From NCBI GenBank assembly GCA_973895155.1, contig OZ316895.1, positions 16,188,816 to 16,252,815 on the forward strand: DNA of 64,000 nucleotides, given 5' to 3'. Shown here piece by piece: positions 14,190-27,471 of the stretch. The position numbers and the translations under genes were made by a program. Source of the stretch: Marsupella aquatica. Taxonomy: Eukaryota > Plantae > Marchantiophyta. Below the pieces are notes generated by a model that worked only from the letters and a program-made list of their open reading frames with translations, had not been told where the DNA came from and ran no database searches. Position 1 is the first letter of the stretch; each line of letters begins with the position of its first letter.

Positions 14190-14830
14190 AGGGATCAAAA
14201 ATAAATGGTGCGAGCTTGGGCACGTTGTAAGGCCACCAAAATGCGTTGACAAAAGTGTGTGGTCAAGATGGACAGTGGGGGTCTAGAGGGACCCATCCAT
14301 CCGTGAATATCACGAGCAGCCTGTCAAAGAAGCCCATCAAATTGAAGATGAAGATGCCCAAAAATCTGAATGGTGAGGGGGAGTAAGGAATCCGATGAGC
14401 GCAAGCAGCATATTGTGCCTCCTTTGTCATGGACACCCGGGATGCCGCTGCTACTATTGTTGCTGTCGCGATCTCAATGAGATCTTGACGCAAAGGGTTT
14501 TCTACCACAACACCCACCAAAGTATGTTGACCATCACGGATCATGGTCAGATCAACTCGTAATTGATGTGGTGGTGGACGAGCCAGTAGCTCAAGCATCA
14601 CCTCACTCCGCACGTGTACCAAAGACCCTGAGAGAACCTGAGTAGTAGCACCTCTCACAACATCATGAACAACTATGGTTTTGCCTCCCAAACTACATAA
14701 AAGAAGATGGACCCCTGTGGCATCACAAGGCTTCCCACATGTGCATAAAGTGAGTAGACCTACAAGAAGAGGGTGGGGTAGCCCAAGACAAAGATGAATG
14801 GCGGTGCAAAACTCCTTTGAAGACATCCAC
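14190..14830 (-). mobile_element. CRE-like non-LTR retrotransposon remnant (zinc knuckle + restriction-like endonuclease)
   Basis: ORF 14263-14826: LCLGLP..CTCGKPCDATGVHLLLCSLGG..HDVVR..E..RVDL..DG..TLVGVVVENP..KEAQY, the C-terminal signature of RLE-bearing CRE-clade elements. Confidence 0.7.
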
Positions 14831-15031
14831 AGATGGGGGATGGTCGGATTGACCTAAAGCCACCCTCCAGCACCTTTCCCTCTGGAAAAAAGAATCCAAA
14901 CTCGGTCCATTTCAGGTGCATTAGCAAGGATGCTAGAGAGGGTGAAAGTGTGCATACGCTCAATAAGGTGAGATTGAAGACGGAAAGGCCGTCCAAGGAT
15001 AAAAATTCCTGAAAAGAAGGTAACACGACAC

Positions 15032-16930
15032 TGTTACACAACCAACTCAGGCCTTGATTCCAAACTACCCTATTTTGTGCTTACGTCCACCAGTTGAGGT
15101 GAGGTTACGGGAAAGGAAGGGTGTAGTGGGGGATTTTACTCGTACCATCTTACATACATACCATAGGTATGTTTGGATTCCACCGCTAGAATGCACCCAC
15201 GGGGAGTGACCCTAACTACTCCCGACTTTGGGACTTTCCAGCCATTGTCAACAACCCAAAATTGCAACATATTCAGCCTACACCTTGTTACAATCCCAAC
15301 CATTAGTCTGCACCTGGTGCATCCCTTAAATGGCGCCTTTGTCAAAGACAAGGTATACTCAATACATAGATTACATACAAAGATCAGAGGGGAAGGCCTC
15401 AGGGAAGGCTATGTTTACTCACAGGAATAAGTTGTCATGCACATAGTTGACTTGACAACTAAGTGACTAGCAAGCCTAACGGCAGTCGATGCCTAGTCTC
15501 AACAAGACCTTGTCTTGCACTTGCCCGACAAGCTCAACTCTGGCTCTCACTCCTTAGTTCTCTGTAATCGTGCTCAATCTGGACTCCCCATGCACTATGT
15601 AGCCTTATTCCACTAATCTAAACCAAAAGGCCCCCCTTTCCACTTGGGAAGGGGACCCTTAAATACTACTTTGTCAAAGGGATGGAAGAGGCAACTATCT
15701 CCCCCATGTAATCCCTTCCTAAGTACCTAATCGGTTGCTGTCTTCAAAACTGTCACAGTTCATTGTCAATGCTCTGGTGTAGTTGACGTGTGACCCTAAT
15801 CCCTAGAACCTAACTGTCTATCTCTTACATTACATTGATTAGTATCCTACCCTATAGTGCTAACAGTCCTAAGCGAGTCTCTTCCTAATCCTATCTACTG
15901 CACAACTAATTGGCGCCTGATGGCAGTTGTTCTTTCGCTAAAGTTTGCCTAAAGATGCCCCTGCCATCCTACTGCTGACTCACCGCCCATTCCTTGACCA
16001 CCCCTCGCTCGTGCTATGCTGTCGGCGTTGGGTTTGCCTTCTTGAATGTCGGGTTGGGGCCTATAGCTGCCTTTGTCAAAGGTATTCCCTAACCCATCCC
16101 TTTGGGCTAGCAGCAGCGTAACCCGAGTCTGTAGGTACTGTTGTCTCGGGCCGCCTCCTCCGCTTTGTTGAAGATTTTGTCCACCTTGGCCTGCAGACGT
16201 GTCACCTCATGATTGAGGTTATCGGTCGTCTTAAGGTTGGCCTGGTGTTGCGCCAACCATTTATCCGGATCCGAGGTGACGAAGGTCACCTGATGAGCAA
16301 CTTGCACAAACTGGCTGTTAAGGTTGGTTAAACAATAAACCCTAGCGGCCAACTCCTCCTCAAGCCGAGCCACAACAACAATTTGCTTCTTCAAGTCCCG
16401 TTGAACCTTAAGCAGTTCTTAATTTCTTCTGTCACGTTGACCTGTGACGCGGACTAACTCTGCTTGGTTGGCCACTGCTGCCATCTCCAGGTGCTCCACA
16501 GTCATTTGGAGGGCTTCAATCTCATTTCCCTTGGCCATAATTTCCTCCTACGCAAGGTTCATAAGCCGCGGGTGGTGTTCCAATGTAAAGAAGGCCGGTT
16601 GGAAATGGTCCATGACTTGGTGGACTGTGAGGTCTGCTAGCTCCATGGAAACATCCTGACCAAGCCTCTGTACCAACTAGTGGACCAAAGTACCAGGTAC
16701 CACTTGATACTCCTCTACAGTCTAGGCCAGAACGTAAGGCTCATCCATGGGTCGGACTGGCTCATCCATGGGTCGGACTACCGCTTCTTTGTTAGTCCGT
16801 AAGGGAGAGGCCAAGTGTAAGTGACACGTACATTGTCCATGTCATAGGCGCGTACAAAATCCGGTAGTGAGTACCGTGCGTCGCGCAAATAAACCTGAAA
16901 TGGGAGGGAACCCTCCTCAACCTCCACAAG
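15032..16930. mobile_element. Probable LTR retrotransposon remnant (LTR-like 15032-15865, then decayed coiled-coil coding fragments)
   Basis: tgttac...gctaaca ends; broken heptad-rich frame on the minus strand at 16107-16394. Confidence 0.3.
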
Positions 16931-16939
16931 ATATGAAAT

Positions 16940-17280
16940 TAAGAACCACTCTTGCGGCTCCCTAGCAATACTCTCTTGGCAATATACAAAAAGTCAGCAA
17001 AACTCAAAAGACAACAAGAACCGCTTTTGCAACTCCATAGCAATACTCTCTTGGCAATATACAAAAAGTCAGCAAAAATTGATAGGCATTAAGAACCACT
17101 TTTGCAGCTCCATAGAAATACTATTCTTGCAATATACAAAAAGTCAGCAAAAATCAAAAGGCATTAAGAACCACTCTTGTGACTTGCTAGCAATACTCTC
17201 CTTTCAAAATCAAAAGTCAGCAAAAAGCAAAAGGTATTAAAAAACACTCGTGTGACTTGATTGCAATACTCTACTTGTTA
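16940..17280. repeat. Minisatellite, ~75-bp unit x ~4.5
   Basis: aagaaccactcttg..agcaatactctcttggcaatatacaaaaagtcagcaaaa units start near 16941, 17016, 17091, 17167, 17241; a partial unit also at ~13690. Confidence 0.85.
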
Positions 17281-19899
17281 GCAGAAACGATTGTGTGCTT
17301 GTATCACACAACATCTCTACAATTTGCTTCACCTCAATAAGTGTAACACTAATTAACTGAACAGTGTAGTAACTCAAGAATAACCTATATATGAGGGTAA
17401 AAAATGGAACCTGTGTAGGGGAGATGCCTTGAAGCCTACACTCTCTGTCCTTGTCTGAAAGCCGTTTCTTGGACCTATGGTCTCCTTGGAACCCTGGTTA
17501 TGCCACAGATCCTTCCATGATTCACCTATTGTAGTTGTAAAAACTTCCTTGAGTATGGACAGTGGGGCTCTAGACTCAAAATCAGCAGCTCTCGTAACAT
17601 AGTCATTGACTCATTGTACATATTATCACAATACACCTCCTTGTACATGAGAAACTGATAATTTTATTATCATACTAGCCCGATGCCTATGCACAAAAGA
17701 TGTTGAAGTGAGAAAAGATGTCAAGGTGACAAAAAGATGTTGTGGTGAGATAAGGATGTGAATGTGAGAAAAAGATGTCAAGGCAAGGGAGATATATTCT
17801 TGATGGGACCCCTGCCAACAAATTTACGTGATAGGCCCTTCTGAAACTTTTGTTGTAAACTAGGCCCCCTCTGACATTTTTGTGTTAAATGTTCTTGTAA
17901 AGTTCCTATAAAGAACTTGACATTATCACCAATATGAGCTACTATACAATTTAGAGTCAAACCATGATGAATGACAACTACACCGTTGGGGCCAGAAGCC
18001 ACAGAGTAATGGCGGCCGTGGCACGAACTGTGAGTTCCCAAGTGAAGACAATATGGTTCCTGTCTTCAGGTTTGAATTTCTACCATACCGCCTGGCTTTA
18101 GCTTGCTTCGCGCAACTTATGCAAAGGTTTGCATGATGTTTTGACATTTCTTTTTGTTCTTTTGTCTAAGTATGGAATGAATACTCTACTTTTGGCGATT
18201 GGCCCCAACTACAATGATGTTCAAAAACTGTCCAAGTGTGAAACAAAGGCAACATGGATGTTGTCTTCTCACATCTAGAATCTCCAAATGTAGCATTAGC
18301 ATTCAAATTTGGCTGGAGATCTGTCTTTATAAGAGAATTGCATGGTCTCGGAGAATTAAGCGGATGAAGATGATGGGTGGTTGCCAATTGAAGATGTTAT
18401 GGGGTCTGACAGTGAGGGATTTTGGACGAGATGGTGGCCTTTTCAGTTTGCTAGATGGTAGCTTATTGGTTGATTATCGCCCCTGCTGGGCTTTTGATCT
18501 ACCTTGAACAGTTGTTGTTTCACTTGAACATTATGTGCTTTTGATGTCCTGGGTGATGTGATTTTGTTTTTGGTCTTTGATGTTGTCTTGGCAAATAGTT
18601 GATCCTCTCTTTGGAGTTTTGCTTGCGGACAGTAGCTCAGATCCCAGTTGTTGGCCGGTTCTCTTCCTGTTCCTTTGGCTGAGTCAGCCCACTTATTTGC
18701 AATAGTTGTTGAGTTGGGTTCCTTTGGTGTGTGATGCTTTGTTACTTTTTCACCAGTAGTGTTTCCTGCTATTCTTTGCCCTTGGGACTGAATGTGTTCG
18801 GTCTGTGGGTGGTTCTTGGCCCTGTAATCAATGATGGGGTGGCCTTTTACTCCCTGTCTTTTATTGGGTTTTACTTTTCACTTAAGTAAAGTTTTCTTTG
18901 CAAGAGAAAATAGAAAAACATCCAGTGATGTCTTTTTGGATTTGATTGTAGGTGTCATCAAAGGTCACTCATGTCTCCTCTTTCTGGCACCTACAATATA
19001 AGAAGCATTTCCTACTTGTCGGAACACAAGAGAAGACTGATGTTGTTTCTATATAAACATTGATGATTGTAAATAGAAAGTGCTTTTGAAACCCTTGCAG
19101 ACGTTGTTGCCACCCTGGATGTAGACCATTAGTTCACTGCACTATATTGCACTATGGCATAACTCTGGCCCAATAGCTCTTCACATTATGGCACTGGCAG
19201 CTCTTTTCTATGGAGTTTTTTTTCTAGGTTTTTGGTCTTTCACTTTGCGCACTTTTGAGTTTTGTTTGCCCTCTTTGGACCTCTATTGTTTGTCCTTTAC
19301 TGCAATTTTGAAACAAAAAACAAGTAAACGAAATATTAGACGCACAACACGTATATACTTGTACTTGACTCAATGTGTTCTTGTTTCAATATTGACTTGA
19401 TGCGCCTCCATCCATGTTCAACATGAGACAATGTCAAAACAGCACATAGCGTGGTGAGTTCAATCTCTACATCACCAGTACACATGACATACACTTGACC
19501 TCACACCTACGACCCACTATCCATATATTATTCCTCAACCTTAGATTCCCAGCGTAATCCCTACCAATCAGATTAGACCGGTACACTACATAAGCCCTAT
19601 TGTTTTGGCGAGAGGCATCACGTCTCCTCCATCTTCAAGGCATCACTGGAAATTAGAAACCATGCAGACTCTACTCCCTCTTTACTCAACAAGCGAATCT
19701 GTGAATGTTGCATTCAGGTGCAAAAAAATCAAGAAGAACAAGAGAATCGCCCCCGCAAAGTTTTTCCTCATCAATCCAAATGCTGCCTATTGTCCCTTAT
19801 TGGATTCCCGTGTGTCCGAATGGCCTTTTTGTTCAAATACACTTTTTCCTGACGAGTCGACCACGAAAACAGAAGGAGATGGGCCCAAAAAGAGCTAGC

Positions 19900-21100
19900 G
19901 GCCAAAGAGCCCCAACACCAAAAGCGGGCTTCCATTCCAATTTCTTACTCTTCACACAATTGGCAAATCAAATGCCTTTGTTAGTCTCTAAAGAGAAGAT
20001 TAGTCCTAGTCTTGTCCCCACCAGAATAGTCTATTTGTCATGAAAAAGTGTTTTAAATTGGTTTGAGAATTTCCTTGTCCTATCCTGACTCTGTTCTTCC
20101 TAGTTCTGTACCTCTCTTGGCATTTGTTATACATAAATTTATGATGTGGGATTCCGTTTATATTAATAATCAAAAAATTCTATGATAGCAAAATGAGCAG
20201 TCACTTCCATCCAGGTGTCTCATGGAGGTGTGAATGCATCAACAGAAGGAATGATTCTCATGTTTCGGGTGCCACCCTTTGATGATTCGCAAAACTCCTG
20301 CAATCCTTTGGGGATAGGAGATTCCATGTAGGCGAGTCACATAGCTCCCTCGCAATAAACGAGTCCAAACCATGCATTCTCAAAAGATTCCCTACACGAA
20401 CATGAAAGCCACGACTTACGAATGACCTCATTATTTTATGCAAGCCAACATTTGAATCTGCAATTTCGACAAGGCCATTACATACTCTCTTTCTTATCGT
20501 GCAGGAAAAGAACCCATTATCTCCACCCATAATGTGAAACAGTTCGTGCGGATTCCCACCAGAGTGGTCCCCTCCCTCCAGGATGTCATGTTGCCGTTTC
20601 CCCAGCACATTCCCACATATATCATATATTCACGAAACCTTTCTTGTTTGTTTTCGTGTATTTTGCACCTCTAACTTGGGTGGGCTTCCCTGTCCTATAT
20701 GACCCGAACCAGATGGTAATGCACTACTGGCTGCCCGAAGATCTAGCCCCCAGCTTCTTATGCGGTGCAATCACAATCCAGAGATTCCTCCAAAGTCTAA
20801 TTGTAGGGATCTGACGTAATCAAGACATTATTCTTGACATCGTGAAAATGTTTCGTCATGGTATCAAAAGAATAGGACGACATGTCAACAGACTTAGGCT
20901 CTGTCCTCTTTACCTGGAACAAAAAACTTTACAAGTAATAAACATGTCAAGAGTATCAAGCAGGCAGACCACAAAAGGGGGGTCAACGATCTCATTGTTG
21001 CGGGGAGGGCGGAGATATTTACTTCAATATGAGATTTTGAGTAGGTTATTTCAGGTCTAGCGATGATCTGGATCACTCATTACACCAACTTTTCATTAAA
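19900..21100 (+). mobile_element. Decayed LINE-like fossil
   Basis: Remnant of the (Y)LGIP motif (gatgtggggattccg, ~20143); no open frame; boundaries approximate. Confidence 0.25.
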
Positions 21101-24100
21101 TGGGTAGATCAAGTAAATGTCTTGGAGGGAGGGGAGCCAACAATAATGAAATGCACTACACCTGGGACTCTCAGTGATGTCCACCCCAGTTAAGCTGATT
21201 GGGGCTCTCTTCCTTTAAAAAGAAAACAACTGTAAATGAAATTGGAAGTACTAATCTTGTAAAGTTTACTTGTCCTTTACAGGAGGATTCAGAAGTATCA
21301 GATGCAACCTATGCACTCTAGATCAACAATCCCTTCAAAGTGCACTTGCTAATCTAGACGGGCTGGGTGGGGACTATGTCTTCATCCTAAGGATTTGGGG
21401 TAGGCAGTAAGCCATAGTGCCTGTTAGCTACTGCTCTAAGGTTCCCTGCATTCATGTGGTCATTGAAGTCATTCTGCCAGTCTTCTGATTCTGCTAAAGT
21501 TTCTCATTTTACTCATGTGGTGTGTAGAAGACTATTGTGAAACTTGTGGTCATTGGGAACAAAGTCCAAGCCTCAATTTCTTCAGTTCTTTATATGAAGA
21601 GGTCTCACCCATTTTATGTCTATACTACAGTCTGCAATAGAAATTCATGACCTACTCTATGTAGTGAAGCCATAGGCCATCATTTAGACTATTCTTGGAT
21701 TTAGGGATGGGCGCGGGAAGTTTGCAGGCAAGGAGGAGTTCCTGTGCATACAGACAAGTATTTGGGCTAGTGAGACTAATAAAGGTTGAATGAGTTTGGA
21801 TTGGACCTCCCACTAAGACTCCCTCATGGTTTATTTTTAATGCTACTTTTACAAGGGGAGTCAAGTTTATTGGGAACCGTCAAAAGGGTTATTTTGTTGT
21901 TGGGCAGAACCTTGTCATGTAGACGTTGCCTTCAATTAATTAAATAGATGACAACCATTGTGGTTTCCTCCTAGGTTAGCAAATGAGCCAATGAAACAAT
22001 CCCAATATACTCACAGTCAAAGACAACCAATTTACTGACAACACTCTAACTTTATTTACTAGTTTCAAGGGTCGATGATCTCTGAACCCAGACTTAGGCC
22101 ATCATTTCCAGGCCTAAAAATGTGAAAGCCCCCTATTGGATTGAGTCACCAATTTATGGTTTGCTCTTTAGTTGACATCTATCCTCTCCAAAGTGATGTG
22201 TTGTCATATCCTGGTTCAAAATCTCAAGCATATGCAGTATCTTATGGCATGTGGTGGAATCTATGACATAAATGAGAACAGAGGCTAAGATAGAGGTCTC
22301 TCCTGGCTAAGATTTATACCAAATATGACAATTAGGGTTGTGAAACTGGAAACTGTTTGCCAGGATAGGGGCCACTTTTGGGAAGCCATCCCTCCAAAAT
22401 AGCCCCTCCATGCTCTGATATTCTGTTTAGAGGTTACTGGCTCATTTGACCCTACCTTTGCAAATGCTCTGAAAACTGAAAAGGGTCAAAGAAAGTCGAT
22501 TGGAATGAAAAACAAACGAGCTCCCAAAAAGAGCTCAAGAGAGTACACTATTTGCTAGACGAGGAAAAATGCAAAAAGAGTAAAGAATAATATATACTCA
22601 CAGCCGTACTCCGTCCAGAAACGGGGAATTAAAAAAGTTCCCAATTTCTGTGTGTTAAAGTCCCACTCGTCTAGCAAATAGTGTCTGGTGTTAGAGGTGG
22701 TAGGTCCAATGGCAGCACGTCCTAGGCCAATGACATCCCATGACAACCTCTGAGTTAAAATTAGTCGCCTCCACCTCGTTGCTTACTGGTAGGTCTCACA
22801 TTGGGTCTTATGTTTTGTGGATCCAGAGTTCGCATGCGTTTGTGGGCAGGATGACATTTTGCGATCCAAACTTGCTCCAGGTGAGGCCACGACTTCCCCT
22901 ACCCTCCTAGCTGGGATATTTTCGACCTCCCCCAACACCCATCGTGACACACAAAAGTCCCACAACAAAATCGAGGGTTGAGAAATTCGAAAAAGAGACA
23001 TCCCCAGACGATCTTAAACCTTAAACCGTTACAAGCCTTAGACTTTTTTCAAAGCTGGCTCGCTGGCAGACCTCGAAGCCACCCCTCTGATTAATAGAAT
23101 GGAAAAGTTTATTCTCGAGGAGGAAGGAAGGCCAGTGGTGGTCCGATGACAATTTGCACCAGGCCCGAGAGAGATACGCACAGAGTGGCCGTTTCTACTT
23201 TCCACAAGCACAAAAACCTCATCGAATTTGGCAGAAAAAGGGAAAAGCAAATGTCGATTGGAGTCCCTGAAAACTCCGTTGTTAAAGGAGTACCTGGGTG
23301 GTAACCTGGTTAGAGATTCTCAATTGCGAGAATATATTTTTACTTGTCCAGACACTACAGTAGTGAGTGGCCCTTAAAACTCTTCCCAGCTATTTTTTTC
23401 TTAGTTGATCCGGTGTTTCACTTATACTTTGCCAACACATGTGTCTTTGGGGTAAAATTGGAGTTGCCAAACCATGTGTTTCACCTCATGTAAATATTTC
23501 CAGGCTGTCTTGTCGGGAACTTAATATCCTCCCCATTTCCGAAACTGCCTGCCTGTCATTTGAGCCCACCATTTTGGATTGTCAAATTTCTGTGTCGGTT
23601 GCCAAAGTTATATTTATTTATCTTTCGCGTAAACCTAATTACTGCTACCAAAATATTCAAACAAGCCAAGGGCATACTAAATCTGTGTTGTTATCAAGTA
23701 AGTGCTTATAGTCGGGACGAGAAAGAATAATCTTAATCACCTTTTTTTTAGTAGCAGAAGTTTGCCTAATCCACCTCTCAGAAATTTTAGTCATTATTGG
23801 CAACAACTACAGTAGACAAGTTTATTTGGTTGGTTAGCTACTTTCACACCTAGACCCCAGTAGCCAGAATATGACAGTTATTCTTGGATAAAACGTAAAA
23901 TATACAACTAATAAAATTAGATAAAGAATATTCTTAGTATTTTCTATTTCACACTAGGTGACATTGGGCACTGTTGTTGCCAGAACTAAAAATTACCCAG
24001 ATCCCCCTGATCGGGTGGAGAGAAGCCAAAGGTGTATATTATTAACCTGATCCCTGATCTGATGGAGAGAAGCCAAAGGGGGATATTATTGTAGTGTAGA

Positions 24101-24211
24101 TACCCAGTGTAGATATGTGGCGTGGCCCAGCGGCCCAAAGCCCCAGAGCGATATGGTTCCCAAGGACGCACTCGGTTCCCAGGGCGTCATGTTGTCCATC
24201 AGCCTGGAGTC

Positions 24212-24387
24212 CTGGACCCAGGCCTTTAAAAATACTTTACAGTTTGCCTGCCACCAACTTACTGGGAGGGCAGGCCGACCGTAGGACATCCTCCTAGGAC
24301 GGACCCAGGCCTTAAAAATACTTTACAGTTTGCCTGCCACCAACTTACTGGGAGGGCAAGCCGACCGTAGGACATCCTCCTAGGACT
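24212..24387. repeat. Tandem duplication, 2 x ~87 bp
   Basis: ggacccaggcctt.aaaaatactttacagtttgcctgccaccaacttactgggagggca.gccgaccgtaggacatcctcctaggac occurs twice. Confidence 0.9.
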
Positions 24388-25364
24388 GCGCTTTTGGGAC
24401 AGAGTGATTTGGAGTTTCGCCCGCCCTCCAAGTTTCAACAAAACCTACTCCCAAATTTGCGCAAACCATTGGACTGTGCCTGGGCACCCACTTTTCGTCA
24501 ATCTGAGCCGTAGGTTTTTACTACTTTGCGATCGTCAGACTGACTAACAGAGAGCACTAAAATTGTGCCTGTTCGGGTTTTACACTCTTGGAAGCTTTTA
24601 TGGATGGCTGTTCATGTCTCTCAAGCTTCAATGTGTTTAGGGGTTAGGGTTTTGTGTTTCACTAGCCTGATTACAGTTTTTGAACATAAATAGAGATGAA
24701 CACCAAAACAAATCTTGCAAGACAAAGATGCTGGTGTTCATATTTGCCTCCATCACCTTTTTTTTTCTTTCCTCCCTCACTTCTATTAAGGATTTACAGT
24801 GTCAGTTTTGTTGGTCCACCTTCACTTTTCAGTTTTTTCCTATTGAGAGTTATGGTCTAGAGATTTCACTCTGGACAACAGCCCTTGAAAGTAGCTTTAT
24901 GTTGCAATTTGAAGTTGAGTAAGATTTGAAGTGATGGCTTAAGGTTTTGCTAAACAGAGAGCTCTCTCTAATGACGAAGGACCAACTAGGGACAAGGGGA
25001 CATCTAAACAAAACTCTAACTTAGGCTATTCACCTTAACTTTGATTACATAAGGTATAACAAATTGTATTGGCCCAATGTATTCCAAAGCTTGCAGGGGT
25101 TGAAGATTAGCGTGCGCAAAGAAAAATAAACCCAATGAGCCAAAGCAAGCATCAAGGGAACCCTGCAGTGCCGGAAGCTGCCCAAATGGACCCAGGCTAA
25201 GAAATTAAAAACCTTTGGCCAAGAATGTATTAGGCTTAGCCAAGTCTGAATAGACATGTCTTGTAGAGTGACTAATTCTGTAAATGGGGGGAAATGTCTC
25301 ATCATCCCAGATGGATGAAGTACTAGGGCTAGTGGATCTAATGTCCACGGGTATACCTTCCAAA

Positions 25365-25693
25365 TGTTGGTACTTAACTCTAGTGCCTGGTTGGGTTTAG
25401 GGTTGCTGGGTTAGACTAGTGGAGAGGGGCTATACCCTTGTGAGCACATTTCATTGCGCTCATACTTAGATATAAGTTTCAGGAGTTGAGACTGAGGGAG
25501 AGAGAAGATGATTGTCATAGAGCAGTTTGTGAGCTTGCCAGGCTATGTAGGATGTACTGGTTTATGCATAAGAATTCTTCTCTCGGCCGTGGACGTAGCC
25601 TAGATGGGGCGAACCACGTACCTATGTGTCGGTCTTGATTTCTTGTTTATGCTAGTTCCCAGTGACGTTGTGCTGTGCAATATTTCCCCAATA
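25365..25693 (+). mobile_element. Solo LTR (Copia-like)
   Basis: tgttgg...ccaata ends; flanks ccaaa/ccgaa (1 mismatch); U5-type motif gtggacgtagcc..gcgaaccacgta. Confidence 0.65.
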
Positions 25694-27463
25694 CCGAAGT
25701 CACAAGAGTACTCCAAGTAAACCAATTGAGAGTGGTATTTGTGTGTATCCCAATACAAAAGTTTACTATATAGTGTGGAGGTACAAGCCACAACTGGAGA
25801 TGACCTTAGCATTATATATTCAAACTTGTTAGGTGAGTAAAATTTGAAGTAATCATAAGGCCAGACAGGATCCCTTTGTATGTTTGTCAAACCATGTTGT
25901 TTGAGTTAAACTGTGTGTTTGGATAAATCCCTTAAAAGCTCATGAACTCTATTTGAGCAATGATCCTAGCTCATAGCTCAAGTTTGAAGACCACACATGG
26001 CAAGAACAAACTCACCTCACTGTTTAACTAACTCAACATCAAAACAGAAAGAAACTTAAACAGCTAAAGTATAACTACACGTGTTGTAGAAACAAATCAT
26101 GGCTGAAAAACCAAGGAAACAACTCATTACAAAGCCATGCTTGCAGAGCCATTCAGGGCTAAATCTACAGTAGTAGCGTACTTATCCTTGCTGACTCTTA
26201 ATGTTAGTAGTGAACCCAGGCTTAGATAATCTTATGAGAGGACCCATGCTCGACTAATTTTAGCAGCAATGCCATGCCCAACTAAGTTTTAGCAATGGAC
26301 TCATCTATGCTCAACAATTGATGTTGCGGTAGTCTTAGTCCAACTTATGCTTGGCTAATTTGGGGAGCAGATTCATGGTCAACTGATTTTAGCCAAGAAC
26401 CGACATTTAATTAACTTTAGCAGGGGACTAGTGCTTTGACACATGTGAGATCATGTCCCTTGGTCCATGAGCTAGTTTGATAAAAATAACATAACATTGG
26501 GATCTTCTCATCTAGAGGCACCTTCGTCAAAATGGATGATTTCTGTGTAATTTTGTTTTTTGTTTTTTTGGTTTTCTTTGTGTAATTTAAGAGTCCTTTT
26601 GTAGAACCTGGTGGAGGCATACTAAATTAAGCATGTTTTCATCAACACAGACCCAATTGGATTCACATACCCCAAGGAGCATTTGAAAATATGAAGACAC
26701 CCTCTGGTTTCTTCATTTTCTGTGAAAACTTATGCATGATAACCATGACATGATAATAAATAACATTGAATGACCTGACCGAATGAACACCAATAGGCGT
26801 TTCCAACCTTTATGTCTGCAAGAAAAATACTTGGCCCTCAAGTACCAGTGTCTGTCTGCACAGAAGTGTGGGGACAAGCTTTTTCATGTCAGCCACTTAG
26901 TTCCAGAAAACCAAGCTTGACTGCAACTGGAGGCAAAACATAGATCCAGAAAACCAACCTTGAGTACAACTGGAGGCAAAACATAGAGGTTTGAGACGCC
27001 TCAATAGGTGAGTCTCCCATGAACTCCCATCGAGAATTCTAAGGGGACGGACAGGCACATTGGGTACCAAGTGCACCTCCATTACCTGGGGTTAGTTAGG
27101 TTCAGCATCGGCTTGGACCCCGGATCCCCTTTTCTCCATAATTACAGCCAGCTTGGAAAGAGCGGTGAGGGGACTATGCCGGCACGGGAACGGCGCTCGA
27201 GCACAACGATAATAAAATATATTTGATATAAAGTGCAATGCAGAAGCGCCTGGCCTCGGGGCCAGTGATCGACCCCCCCACCCCAACATTCGCCCTCAGC
27301 ACCACACAGTAATTGCGCCCCTGAAGGCGGAGTCGGGTTCCTTGGCCCCCCCCTAACCCGCCGTACCGAGCGAGGGACTGGCCGGGTCGCGAGGAGAACC
27401 GGAGTTACATAGTGGCGAACCATGGTAAATATCGGACAGGTTGGCGAGCGATCAGGTCTTCTC

Positions 27464-27471
27464 CTTTATAT
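27464..27471 (+). promoter_or_regulatory. Putative TATA box of the FAF-like gene
   Basis: ctttatat in a CG-rich island, followed ~25-30 nt later by pyrimidine-rich initiator-like sequence and a GA-rich leader. Confidence 0.3.

Noticed and set aside
16940-17280. CRISPR-like array (also 49363-49713 and 37237-37700)
   Set aside because: Whole units are homologous with no unique spacers, no cas genes are present and the context is eukaryotic
24636-24653. Interstitial telomeric repeat (also ~1509, ~7987, ~32595)
   Set aside because: Only one or two imperfect units each
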